A stretch of DNA of 64,000 nt from Geosiphon pyriformis uo1 (lineage: Eukaryota; Fungi; Glomeromycota): contig JAAOMT010000441.1 of NCBI GenBank assembly GCA_016748015.1, positions 124,001 through 188,000 on the forward strand, in the 5' to 3' direction. Below the pieces are notes generated by a model. The model was not told where the DNA came from. It saw only the letters and a program-made list of their open reading frames with translations, and did no database searches. Below are positions 13,166-25,628 of the stretch, piece by piece (within the stretch, counting starts at the first letter, position 1; the number at the start of each line of letters is the position of its first letter). The translations under genes and the position numbers were made by a program.

Positions 13166-14474
13166 AATTTGTTAATAAAATCACAACTATTATCTATTAT
13201 TAACTCTTTAATACCTCTTTTAAGTGATCATGTTTTTGAATCTTATCAAGTTAATTGTGTAACAGCCTAATAAATATCCTTCAAGAAGTTAGAAATATAT
13301 TGTATTGTGTACAGTTTTGTTTACATTGAGTTGGATGCATTATCATTTATAATTGGCATTTTTAAAACATGATATGTTGAGTCTAGGTCCAAATCTCTAT
13401 TCTGCGTGATTATGTTTGGATTATGAAAAGCATTTAACACAAATTTATTTGCCCCAAAAAAGTTAATTTTTAATACATTTTTAAAACTATCAGTCAAACT
13501 TTTGTTTGCTAATACTAAATATTGGCCAAATAATAAATATGATTGCTAGTATGGAGCTCTTTTTTAATCACAGATGCCAAAGTTGATGTGAAAATATATT
13601 TATTGGGTATATATCAGAATCTTCATGCTCTGAGTTTTATTACTGGTCATATTTCTCTTTCTAAGGAAAAATAAATTTGAACTCTGTTCCTAGTTGATTT
13701 GCTTGAGCAATGTTTCATTAACAAACTTGTTCTCAAAGGATCCCATTGGACCATTATTTTCACTTGTAGATCTGTTAATTTTTTCTCCCAATACAGAGAA
13801 AAAGTAATCTTATTAGCCAAAGTTTGATCCAGAGTAACTTCATTGATACCCACAGCAACAGCCTCCAAAGCACTACCAACCTCTAAAGCATTACCAGTCT
13901 CCAAAGCACCAAGAGCAGCAATACTGTACCATATGTCAACTATTATTAAAATTCTTATAATATCTATAAACAACAAGCCAAATATAATAATTCTATTATT
14001 ATTTTCTGATGGTGGTGGTGGCTTATAAAGAAGAAGAGTAATTAAATGTTGTAATATTTTAAAAATTTTGTTTAGTATTCTACAATCATTTCCAAAAACT
14101 TCTTTAATTTTTTTTACTACCATAAAAAAAATGATTTCCATTGACAAATTGGGAAATCTTTCTGACTGTATATGTCCAATTAAATATGAAATGACATTTA
14201 ATGTTTATATCTAATATTATATGATTATAGTGTGACTATAGAAAGTGTAAATTACTTATATTCTGCTATCATATTTATGAGAATAGGGACTATAAGAAAA
14301 TATATATAATAAAAGTGATTATAAGAAGATAATATTATATATAAATGGTTTTGGTTTTTAAAAAAATGTGATTATAAGAAGATAGTAACTATAACCAAAG
14401 AGACTATAAAGAGAGTTCACTGTAAATAGATTCTAAAATGCACAAAAAAGCAACAATAACAGAATTATTAGTAT

Positions 14475-15440
14475 TGTTATCAGTAAAGTTTTAATTATAA
14501 CTAACATAAAATTACTCTTATAATTCTTATCATTAATTAACATATATTATTATTATTTTAATTATTACTTATTATTTAATCAAATTATTAAATATTATTA
14601 TTTAATAAATAACTTAATTGTACTATAGAATTAAGATAATTAAATTACATAATACTTTAAACTATTTTAACATTCAACAATTTGCCAAAATTTATAGAAA
14701 TTTACTAAAATAATTAATAGTTTGTAGAAATAACTTGTAGTTTATCAAAATGTATTTTTAGTTTATTAAAACAATAGCAAAGAAAAAAGTACAAGTTCAA
14801 AGACTAGTACTATAACAAATTGTATAAAAAAAAGCTTTTCTCTTTAAAAAAATATATTTTACTATAAATATTTTACTTTAGATATCTTAATTAAAATTAA
14901 TCATCTCTTATACATCTTTACAAAATTAAATAAAAATTAAATATTTAAAAACCCAAAATCTTTAATAATTATATTTGAAATTTCCAAAACATAACTAATA
15001 TTTTAAAATTAATTAACTATTAATTTCAATAATCTGTTAGTAATTTCAGATCTGGATAGAAAATATTTCCCTTGACAAAATTCTATTTCTTTTACATTTC
15101 TTTTATTTTCTTCCTTTTATTTTATTATAATTATTAAGATAGTCTATAAATGAGATTCTTGTAAAAAAGTTGATTTTTACAACAAAGTAACTACATATTT
15201 TTAGTGAGCTTTTAGATAAATAATTCCTGAAAAAAAGTTGATATTTACTACAATATAACTATACAAAGTAACTGGCACAGAATTGGCTATTCTATTTATA
15301 AGCTTAGCAGTTTAAATTATAAGAGATAATTTGAAAATAAATTCAGTTATTAAAGATTCACTAGCTTTTAAAAAATATGAATTAACAGTAAACAGATATT
15401 AACAACATTCAAAAAAAGAGACCAAAAACTTTTAGTAACA
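14475..15440. mobile_element. Solo LTR, family 2 (more eroded copy), TSD GTAT/GTGT
   Basis: TGTTATCAG...TAGTAACA ends. Colinear with 8677-9655. Flanks GTAT (14471-14474) and GTGT (15441-15444) differ by one G>A. Confidence 0.8.
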
Positions 15441-16079
15441 GTGTTTATTACTAATGCTAATTCTACAACAGATGTATCAGTTGCTTAAATATACAAAACA
15501 ACTTACCAAATTTATTATATTTTTTATATTAATAAAAACTTAACAAGAAATTTTAAGTCAAAGCTTTACAATCAATATAAAAGCTTTGTTCACAATTTTT
15601 TTCTATGTTACAATAGTTTATATAAAGAAGATTTCTATAAATAATAATTACAATTTACTAAAACATGTTAATATTAAAGATTATCTAATAAAAGTTTTTT
15701 ATTTTAGCTAATAAACATAGATCTGTGTATTTATATCAAAAATATTTACTGCAAAAATTCAAACTACCTCTTATATTAAAGGTTTAAAAATATTATTAAA
15801 TACATATTTTTAGTAAATAACAGTTTATATAATTTTGCTGATATATTAAATGCAAAACTTAAAAGTAAAACAGAATAAAATTGTTTTTTTGAATATTGTA
15901 TACTTATTTTGTATAAAAATTATGTTAATTGGTCATAATTTTTTTTCTAAGATCAATAAACAAATAACTTAATATTTTATGTTTTATATTTTATCTATAA
16001 ACCATTTAAAAATGACATAATGCCTATATTTTATTGTGAATTAATATCATTAAATATTAATAATTATAATAAGATAATA

Positions 16080-16612
16080 GAATTTATTTTCTAGTGTATT
16101 TTTTTAAGTCATTTATTTAACAATATTTTAATATTTAAGATTCTAGTCCTAATATAATAAGTAATTTTATTGAGAATTTGTATAGTCAGTACTTTTGAAC
16201 TTTTAAGTATTTGATCTAAATTTCCTTTAGTAAAAGCATTATCTTTATTATAATCAAAGCTGGTTTCTTTAACCAAATACTTTTTTTTCATATCTATACT
16301 ATCAGACTTGATGATATTACCAGTCTTAGAATTCTATGAACAATTACTTAACTCCTTAGCAGAAATTTTTCTATCATTAATATTATCTTCCAAAGCACCA
16401 CCCCTTCTTTTTTTTCTAAATACAACAGACTTAATACCAGTATTAAAACCAAAATCTTTTTTATAACAACAATGCTAGAGCCAATAGTGGCCTTATAATC
16501 GAACAAAACCAGTTTTGATTTATTATATTGAATAGTAAAAACTTCTTTTTCAAAAAACTTTTTAACTCTTTTTTGGAAATTTGAAATGAAAAAGAAAAAA
16601 AAGTTTTTTTTA
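16080..16612 (-). mobile_element. Eroded LINE 5'-end/ORF1 remnant
   Basis: Minus strand has the LINE 5' leader (AAAACTT...AAAGAAGTTTT), DYKATIGSSIVV, KKRRGGALED and ETSFDY, matching the ORF1 N-termini at 25628, 51909 and 52815. Confidence 0.8.
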
Positions 16613-18704
16613 ATTTTTTTTCCTAAATTTTTATATTATTATTAATAATTTTAAAATTTAAATTAAATTGTTATATTGTTTTAAATAATTGATATTAAAA
16701 TTAAAAAATGTTTTTTAAAATATTTATTTTATTGTTTTTTTATTTTTTTAGTAATTATAATAATGTTTATATATTTATTAATTTTGTTAATTAATTTTTA
16801 TATTTGTATTTAATAATAATAATTAATTTTAAATTTTATAAAATATTTTTAAATCCAATTAATAAAATTTATATACTTAAGTAAAGTAATTATAATATTA
16901 ATAATAATTTTTAAATATAATATAATTTTAACCAATTTTTATGTATTGTTTTTTTAAAAATTTTGTTTTTTAATTATAATTTATATGCTTTATTTTTTAT
17001 TATTTTATTTTGAATTAAATTTTTTATCTTACTGTTTTTTGGTTTTAATACAATATAATAAAAATTTTATTTTTAATTTTAAATTTAATTGGTTATTTAA
17101 ATAAATAATTATGATGTTTTTTTGTTGTTTTTGTAAATATTTAATATTATTAACTAAAATTTTTTAATTGTTTTTATCAATTAATACATTTTTTTAACAA
17201 AGTAATTTTAAAATTATTTTCTCTTTTTTTAATAAATTGTTTTATTTTGTATAATATTTTTTGTTAAATATTTGTTTGAAGTTATTTAAATAAAAATTTT
17301 AAATATTAATTGTTATTTTAAGTAAAAATAACAATAAATTAATAAAAATTGTTTTTTTAACTTTTTTAATTATTAATAATATATTATTAAAAGTTTTTAT
17401 ACTTTTTTGTTTTACATAATTATTTAATTCTTTAATATTTTATATATAAAATTATCTTAGTTTTTCTTATTAATTGTTTTTTTTAAGTGTTTTTATAATA
17501 AATTTTATTATTATTAATAATTATTTTTATTAAAACAGATATTAAATATTATTTGTAATTTTTATTTTGTTTGTTTTTTATTATTATATATTATTAATAT
17601 TTATATATTTTTTTGTTTAATTTTAAATTTTATTTAGTTTGACTATTTATATTATAAATAATAATAATAATAATTTAATATAATATAGTTTTAATTAAAT
17701 ATTATATATTGTTTTTTTTTAAATATTTGTTTTTTAAATACAATTTATATGCTTTATTTTTAAGTATTTAGTAAATATATTATATTTAAGATTAAATTTT
17801 TTATTTTATTATTTTTTGGTTTTAATATAATATAATAATATTTTGTCTTTAATTTTGTTTATTTGGTAATCTATTATTGTGTTTTTTTTCACTTTTTTTG
17901 TAAAGTTTTAATGTTATTAATTGTTAATTTTTATTTATTTTTAAAATTTTTATTAAATTATATGTTTATTTTAATAAGATTTTTAAAAATATAACTTTTA
18001 TTATTAATTTAATTAAATATATTACTATTTAATTTTAATTAATAATATTACTATTTTTATATACATTAATTTAAATAATATTATTTATATTATATTATAT
18101 TTTGTTTTATTGTTTAATAAATAAATAATATTAATAAATAAATAAATAAATAAATATTATTATTTTTAATTTTTTTGGCTAATTTTAATTAATGTTTTAT
18201 ATAATATTTTATTAATTTTTTAACTAAAATATTTGTTTTTAAATAATATAATAATAAGCTTTTTACTTTAAAATTTTAACTTATTTGGTTAATATACTGT
18301 TTATAAAATAAGTTTTATAGTTTAATAATAATTTTTTCTTAAATATATATATTAATATATTAAGTTTTATAAAATAAATTTAGTTATTAATTTGGTGTTA
18401 ATTTTTTAAATTATTCTAATTTTTAGTTATTTAGTTAAATAATTCATATTTACTACTATGTATTTGTAATTTTAATAATTATTAATAATAGTTTAATTAA
18501 ATTAATTCTAATTTTATTAAATAACTGTTTAATTTTGATTGGTTTGATTTATAATTTTATATATATTAAATAATATTTCGACATAATATTAATCAAAAAT
18601 AAAGTTTTTTGGTTTGTATTATTGTTGTTTCTTAATAAAAATATTTAATAGTAAAATTAAAGTATATATTAAATATAATTATTTTCTTTTTTTGTTTTTT
18701 AATT

Positions 18705-18830
18705 ATTCTTGAGTGGCTGGTCACATGTAGCAAATGCGTGAGCCACATTTAGTTAAATTTACTTAGCTTGCATCTGTATACTAGATAGTAATTGGGCTGT
18801 ACTTATTAAACAATATAAAAAAAAAAATTA
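18705..18830 (+). mobile_element. Isolated LINE 3' UTR plus A-tail (heavily truncated or eroded copy)
   Basis: GAGTGGCTGGTCACATGTAGCAAATGCGTGA...TAATTGGGCT...TTAAA plus poly(A); most similar to the 3' UTR at 36880-36990. Confidence 0.8.
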
Positions 18831-19148
18831 TTCTTAATAATTTGTTTTGTTTTTTTAATAAATATATTATTATTATTATTATTATCTAAATAAAAAAAAT
18901 TTATTGTTTATAATTATATTTAAATTAATTAATATAATTAATATAATTATTATAAATTTAAAATAAATACTAAAAAAACCAAATAAAACCAATATTTTAT
19001 TTTTTACAGATTTTTTTTTTTATTATTATTGCTTAATGAGTGAAGTCCAAACACAACCTAGCACTATACATCAAGGAATTGATCTAAACTAGGCATGAAT
19101 CATGCATTTTCTACACGTGACCAGCCACTCGGGCTGATCAGAACAACA

Positions 19149-22100
19149 CTACGCAGCTATATGAACTGACACTGATTCACCTATACTTGAAAAGAACAAG
19201 CAAGCCTTGCGAAAACCAAAATGAACACCTAAAGCACTAGTAATGCCAAGTAACCTAACCACTCCTGCAGAGAACCTCGAAGCCAAACTATGAACCGAGA
19301 CGACGGCTAAACCATCTAGCGAGATCAGTCTATTCTTCTCCATATATGCACAATGCTTAGCATGAATTAACCAGACATTCTTCCTAAAAGCAAGACCAAG
19401 AGAGCGCACAAACTTGACAATCTCCAAAACAGCAATCTTGGGGTCATGAAAAACGGAAACAGCCTCGCTAAACCATCCATTGAAAACAAAGCCCTTAAAA
19501 AGAGTCATAGACACAGAGGAATCAGAAACACTGGATGATAACAGCTGCAATATATCCGAGAAGGAGTGAGATGAGCCAGAAAGTGCCTTCCAGGACCCTA
19601 CATGAGAATTCAGCAACTGGCGCCAAACAGACTCGTCAACCTTGTAAGAAAACACATGATCCGACACCTCCACCTTACCACAATACAAGCACAACATGCT
19701 AGGATAACGTTTATCATAGAGGCGCTTCCGAACAGCAACCAGCAGCCAATGGTGCAAAGACTTCATAAAATAAGTACGCACACTGGATGAATACCTGCTG
19801 GTGAATCCTGCAGCCATGTGCAAATCAAGATGCCACACCAATGACGAACGGGGCCAATCAACCTCAGAAGACAAGCTGCCAACCAAAACTCCAGAACCGG
19901 AACCAACCTCTTATTGTGCACGACAAATAGAACGATAAATATCACGAACAAAATGCCTCGAATTTCCAGAAACAACATCACCATCAGCTGCCAAGAAGTG
20001 CTCACTCAAGTGAGGAGGAAGATACCAATTGGAGAGAGAAGCGGCACCAGCGATCACATCAGCACGCTCATTTCCCGAAACACCAGAATGACCCTTCACC
20101 TTGCGAAAGCTAACCCTTAACTTCTTACTGTGAATTATGTTGACAATATGATGACGTTTAACCCAACACTGATTATGAAAATCGGGACACACCAGATCTA
20201 ACTCTGACCTGCAAGCATCCAATGCCGATTGACTATCTGAGAACAAACAAACAGAGCTTGATGGGGAAACACACTCCAGAGCTAAAGCAACAGCCTGCAA
20301 TTCCACCAAAGTAGACGACATCAAACCCAATATCCTTACTCCCAAACCCAAACCAATGTCCTCAAAAAAAACAGCAGCACCAGCTCTACAGCCAACTGTG
20401 CCAAGACCACTAAGAGATCTATCCGTATACACTGACAGGCTGCTAGCACCGGTCACCAAGAGACGATCACGAATAGACACAAATCCACCAGACTCAAAAA
20501 TGTTCGAAGGACTACCATCTCCCAAAACTAGAGACTGATTGCGAGAAGATCTCACACTATTGAGAAACAAAACAAAATGCTTGAACCACTCAGGAACTGG
20601 GCCATGGGGGTCCAATCTCTTCCACCGCTTGAAAGTGTACTAATCATAGACAGCATCATGATGGTCACAAAGTTGATTCACAAAGGCAATACCATACCAC
20701 TGAAGGGAAGGGAGAAACTTAAGAAACCTTGACTTGCCCAGAACCTCAGACATAGGCACTCCACCATGAGACCGAAAGGAACTAACTAAAGAGCCACCCA
20801 GAGACATATTGCAATCGACAAGAACACAAACCATGCCTGCCAGAAAGTTATTAGAAGCACTGACACAAATACAAACAAGAGAACACAACGGATGAACAGG
20901 GTGCCAACACAGAACTTGCAAGTCATGAGACCTGTGGGAAAACAAACGACCCAAGATACCACCAGAGTTCGCAAAACCGACAAGAGAAGTGATCTTGCTT
21001 TCAGATTGAACTTGAGAAAATGACTTCAAACCATAAAACAAAGAGTGATAAACCACATCATTGGGAAAATCGAGTGGCAAACCAGACTTGAGCTTCAAAC
21101 CTTTATGAATCAGAGCATCCCACTTCCCGCACATGCCAACAGGAATAAAACTGAACTGAGTTCTATAGTTGACTATCGGATGCAGAACTGCTGACACCAA
21201 ATACAAAAACTGCTTATCTGAGACCGCCTTCCTCAACACCAGATTGGTGAAAAAGTGAACGTCCGAATGCGCTTTAGCCAAGCTAGGCTTCAAAAGACCC
21301 TCAGTCGATAGAAAAATGCCCAGATATCGGTGAGATTCTCCTTTTTTGGCAATAGAAATAGGTGAACCGCTGATAGACAGGGAGGGACTGCTAACTCTGC
21401 TATTGATAAGAATGGCTACTGTTTTGTCGTTGTTAATAGAAATGTCATTGATAAAAAAAAATTCACTAGCAACATCGAGAATATGTTGAGTAGCCGTCTG
21501 ACTGCTACCAACCCAAATCGTATCATCAACAAAAGCACCAGCGGCAAAAAAAGAAGAAAACCCAGCCTGGGATTCGGAACGACCATTCTTGGAAACAAAG
21601 TGAGAGTTTAACCTATACCCACATACACTCTCCTGTCTCTTGACTTCGCACAAAAGAGGATCATAAAATATGCGCCAGAGAAGAGAAAACCTCTTCCTGG
21701 TCCAAACCATCGTGCACACGGTAACCGCTTGTCAGTCCAAAATCAGTCATGACTCGGTTGGTACGATCCCTATGAATACCACCAAAAAACCAAATAAATT
21801 TGCTACACATCTTAATTCTGACCAAACTTTTCTCGAGATGCTCCCAGCCAACCAAGTCATACGCCTTCCGCATGTCCTGCAGAACCAGCCATAGCTCTCT
21901 GTTTTTTTCCAAAGCATCTTCGACCACCGAACCAGTTGCAAAAATAGGGGACTGGGTTGTCATACCCTTCAAAACTGAGAAATTAGCCCCTCGAAGCACA
22001 TCAAAAGTACTGCACGCCAAAGAAATCCTGTTCGAGAGTATCTTGGAAAGAACCTTGCGAGCCATTTTGATCAAAGCAATAGGACGTGTGTTCGTTAAAA

Positions 22101-23832
22101 CACCTTCCCACTCATAAGGTTTCGGAATCATCGAGACCCATGCTTCTTTCCAAGGGCCGGGCACTGATTCACTAGACAAACAAGAGTTCAAGAGCACCAA
22201 CAACATATCCAAAACTGACCTATCACAATGTTTTCAAAGCTCATTTGAAATACCCGACAAACCAGCCGCTTTACCCTCTGGAAGATCAGAAATCACCCCA
22301 AGGAACTCATCATACCCAATCGAACACATGACACCAGAAAAAGCTTTGTCAAAAACATACTCCAGTGGCTGATATTGGAGGCGCCAATCCTCCGAGACAT
22401 AATCGACCACCTGACGCTTCCTAGTCCAACCTTCCATGATCGCATCAATCTTGGACTTGACCTGCTCAGGTTTCAAAATCAATTCGTCATCAACCACCAA
22501 ATGATCCAGCACAATCTTACGAAATGGGCACTCCAACACACTTCTTATTGTATGACCTTTATTTACCTTAAAGCTTTCCATCCTCTTGTCTATCGCAGAT
22601 CTGATGCATGTTTCTTTAGTACTTTGAGATTCAATGAGCTTGGACTTTCGATAAGATTTTCTGGCACCAAAAAGAGCAGAACAAACACGACCAGATTCCA
22701 CACCAGAGTCCACCAGATCCTGAACAACTGAAGCCTTGACACTGTCCAGAGTAGCCCAACACTTCATGAGAGAAGCAAAATCCACAGCACACCCCACATG
22801 AAATGCCTTAATAATTTTTGAAACCAAAAGCTCCAACTTGTGGAACCTTGACGACTCTTTGGTAAAGACACCATCAAATTCCTTGAATCACTTTTTCTTG
22901 AACACTTCATTAGCCGAAAGAATCATTATTCTGCGAACAACATCTCACATTGCGTCCAAATCCAAAAACCTCACAGAAACAGCAAACTTATCTGAGAACA
23001 TTGTTGCATTAGCCAATGTGGCACACTTAAAATCGATCCATTTACTCTCATCAGCACTTTTGAAATCAAACTTCCATCTGTCTCTGTTTGCTTGCTTGCG
23101 AAAAGAGCTCAATTGCATATCCAGAAGCCCACCCAGACCCAAAGACACTAAAACAGCTTGATGATCTGTGTCAAAGTGCTCACTAACACCCGAAACATTA
23201 CGATGTACCATCGCATTAACCAGATTTGGAGAGACAAACACGTAATCAATTGTTCTTTTGACACCCCTAGAATTCTTCCAAGTGGGCATTTTCACAGCTG
23301 GGCTCCCGACCAAAGAGTTAATCAATCCCAAATCAAGGCACTTCTTGAAACTCGCACACTTATGAGAGCCGTCTTCATTAAAATTGCCACCAAGGATAAC
23401 AAAGGAGGACTCGTTAACAGTCTTTGCGACGATAGAGTTGATTTTGCCTGCCTAAGAGAACCGGACCGCCAAAGAAGCACCAGCGTACAGTCCCAAAATT
23501 GACACAGAGAGCCTGTTCTTGAAAAGTAACTTGATAGACAACAACCAACCTGGGACCTCAGACACCTTGCATACATGTCTTGCCAAAGAAGTGTTCATAA
23601 CCACCGCCACACCAGCACCCAGATACCCAGAATCCAAACCAGTAGTAAACACCCGGACCCCATCAAACTTGTTAATGATCCAGGGCCGAATCTTACCTTT
23701 TAACTTAGTTTCAGTAAAAATCGAAATTGAATTGTCCATGTTCTTATGCCAACAAACGACATCACTCTGCTTCGCAGGGTTGTTCATTCCTCTAACATTG
23801 CATGTAGCAACTTTCCATACTAATTCACTCAT
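19149..23832 (-). pseudogene. LINE A ORF2: APE endonuclease, reverse transcriptase, RNase H, C-terminal Cys/His motif
   Basis: TCNVRG, ETK, GGNFN, IDYVF, TDH (APE); RPIAL, QDMRKAYD, AFVDDT, YLGI (RT); VYTD, EL.A, SDSQ, KVKGHSG.SGNERAD (RNase H); CLYCGKVEVSDH. Confidence 0.93.
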
Positions 23833-25628
23833 TGGGAGGGGGATTGGAAGTTTGCACCACCAGCCAAAGCCAGACTATCGAAACGAGCGGACAAGATCAA
23901 CACAGATTTGGAGAGGCCCTCCAACATATTTTCCAACTTGACAACATGGGGGGACGTGGATGAGTCCACAATCGTGGCAGACTCATGGCCATCAGCCATA
24001 CTCAAGTCCATATCCAATGTCACATTACTTTCCGAATTCTGTGGTGTGGCGACCACTGGCAGCCAGCATCTGTGACCAGGCTGGGGAACCACCAGCACAA
24101 GCAAATCTAACCTCTTGGCCAACCCATCAATTTGTTTTGCAAGACTAACAAGACTATCCTCGATACTGACCAGTCTTTTTTCCAGATCTTTTGCAACAGA
24201 AGGGGTAGGTTTACCATCGACGATGGAACCAGAACTTGCCTTACCACCAGAGAGAGAGGGAGCAGAAGGAGCACTAACCACCAATGCCCAAGTTTTACCA
24301 CCAAAAGCCAAAGGACGAGAGATAGGCGCAGATCTCCTTGCATAAATTTTCGCCAATCTGAATTGGTCTTGAACCGAAAAGAGAGCCTTTCTGTCTCCTG
24401 CAATTTCAGCACCCTTGACTGTTCTGCAACCAAGAGAAGTATGACCAAATTTCTCACAAACTGCACATGAAGCTAAAGAAAGACAGGACCAATGGAGACC
24501 AAAGCTCTTTATAACTGGAGTCGTTGCCATTGCATTACCTAATTCCACTTCCGAGCTAAAACACACAGTGGCACAGCGGGCGCGAGAATAACTGATGGGA
24601 TTGCGATTGATGAAGCAGGTTTTCTCACCAATAGAACCAATAAAATCCCACAAATCATGAGCAGTAGTTCCCATGGGAAGAGTATATAGCAAAGCCCTAA
24701 ACTTATCCCTGGCATCCCACAATTGTTTGTCGATATCAGCCTTGGCCACTCGAATCGCGTCCTTCCCAATAAAGATAGACCACTTAGAGGCCAGAAAATC
24801 AGCCTGGTCTTGATTTTCCAATTCGATGATCGCCTTTTGCCATAAACCCACCAGCTGCATTTTGATCAACTTAATGATGCCAAATTCGGTTACAGCCGCA
24901 TGCACAGCCTTCAAAGAAGTTCTCACAGGAATTTCTTTCAGCACAATTGCTCAATTTGTATGATTGTTTACAGAGCGCTTGAGATCGGTGTTTACCACAA
25001 CACCACGGTCATTAGCCAGATTAGCTGCAGTCATCATCGCCTCTTCAGAAGTGAAAGTAGCCCGAATGATTCCACTAAATTTTGAGGGAGTAGAGGCCCC
25101 CCCAAAACCATTTACACCTGAAAAGATTTTTCTGACAAAATTGACTTTTTCCTAAGAGGATTTACCCACTACTGCCACCAGATCAATATCCAAAGTGAAG
25201 GACTTGCGAACAGGCACCTGAACGGACGGCTTGACTGGAAAAGGAGGTGGTAGAAGAAAAGACTCATCCAACACATCACCATTCGCATCGACAGTACCAT
25301 AATCAATCACACCCAAAGGCTTTTCTAACACCTTCTTGGTCTTTACATGCAAACTCTTAGGCGTTTGATCAGGATCCTCTCCTGTGAAAGCACCATTTTC
25401 ACCATAGTCAACACTGGTTTCCTCAACCAAGCACTTCTCCTCCATGTCAATACTCTCAGATTCAGTAGTATCACCCACCTCAGAACCCCATGAACGATTA
25501 CCAAGAGCTTTATCAGCAACCTTACTATTATCAATACTCTCTGCTAATACACCACCCTTTCTCTTCTTCCTCGATGCAACCATCTTAAAACCACCCTCAG
25601 AACCAGAAACTTTGGTAGCTTTCTTCAT
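23829..25628 (-). pseudogene. LINE A ORF1 (RRM-like region, CCHC knuckle, coiled coil)
   Basis: KEIPV...EFG.IK.IKMQLVGLWQKA RRM-like pattern; CAVCEKFGHTSLGC knuckle; LEKRLVSIEDSLVSLAKQI heptads; premature stops. Confidence 0.88.

Larger units (their letters stand above)
10161..14422 (-). mobile_element. pogo/Tigger-type (Tc1/mariner superfamily) DNA transposon with ~2.3 kb non-transposase cargo
   Basis: 21-bp TIRs CAGTGAACTCT(T/C)TTTATA(A/G)TC at 10161-10181 and 14402-14422. TA on both flanks. Subterminal GA(C/T)TATA(A/G) repeats at 14230-14410. Internal CENP-B-like transposase pseudogene. Confidence 0.9.

Noticed and set aside
8677-15440. The two family-2 LTRs as ends of one 6.8-kb retrotransposon
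   Set aside because: Each has its own TSD (ACAC; GTAT/GTGT), they are much diverged, and the interval holds a pogo element, not gag-pol.
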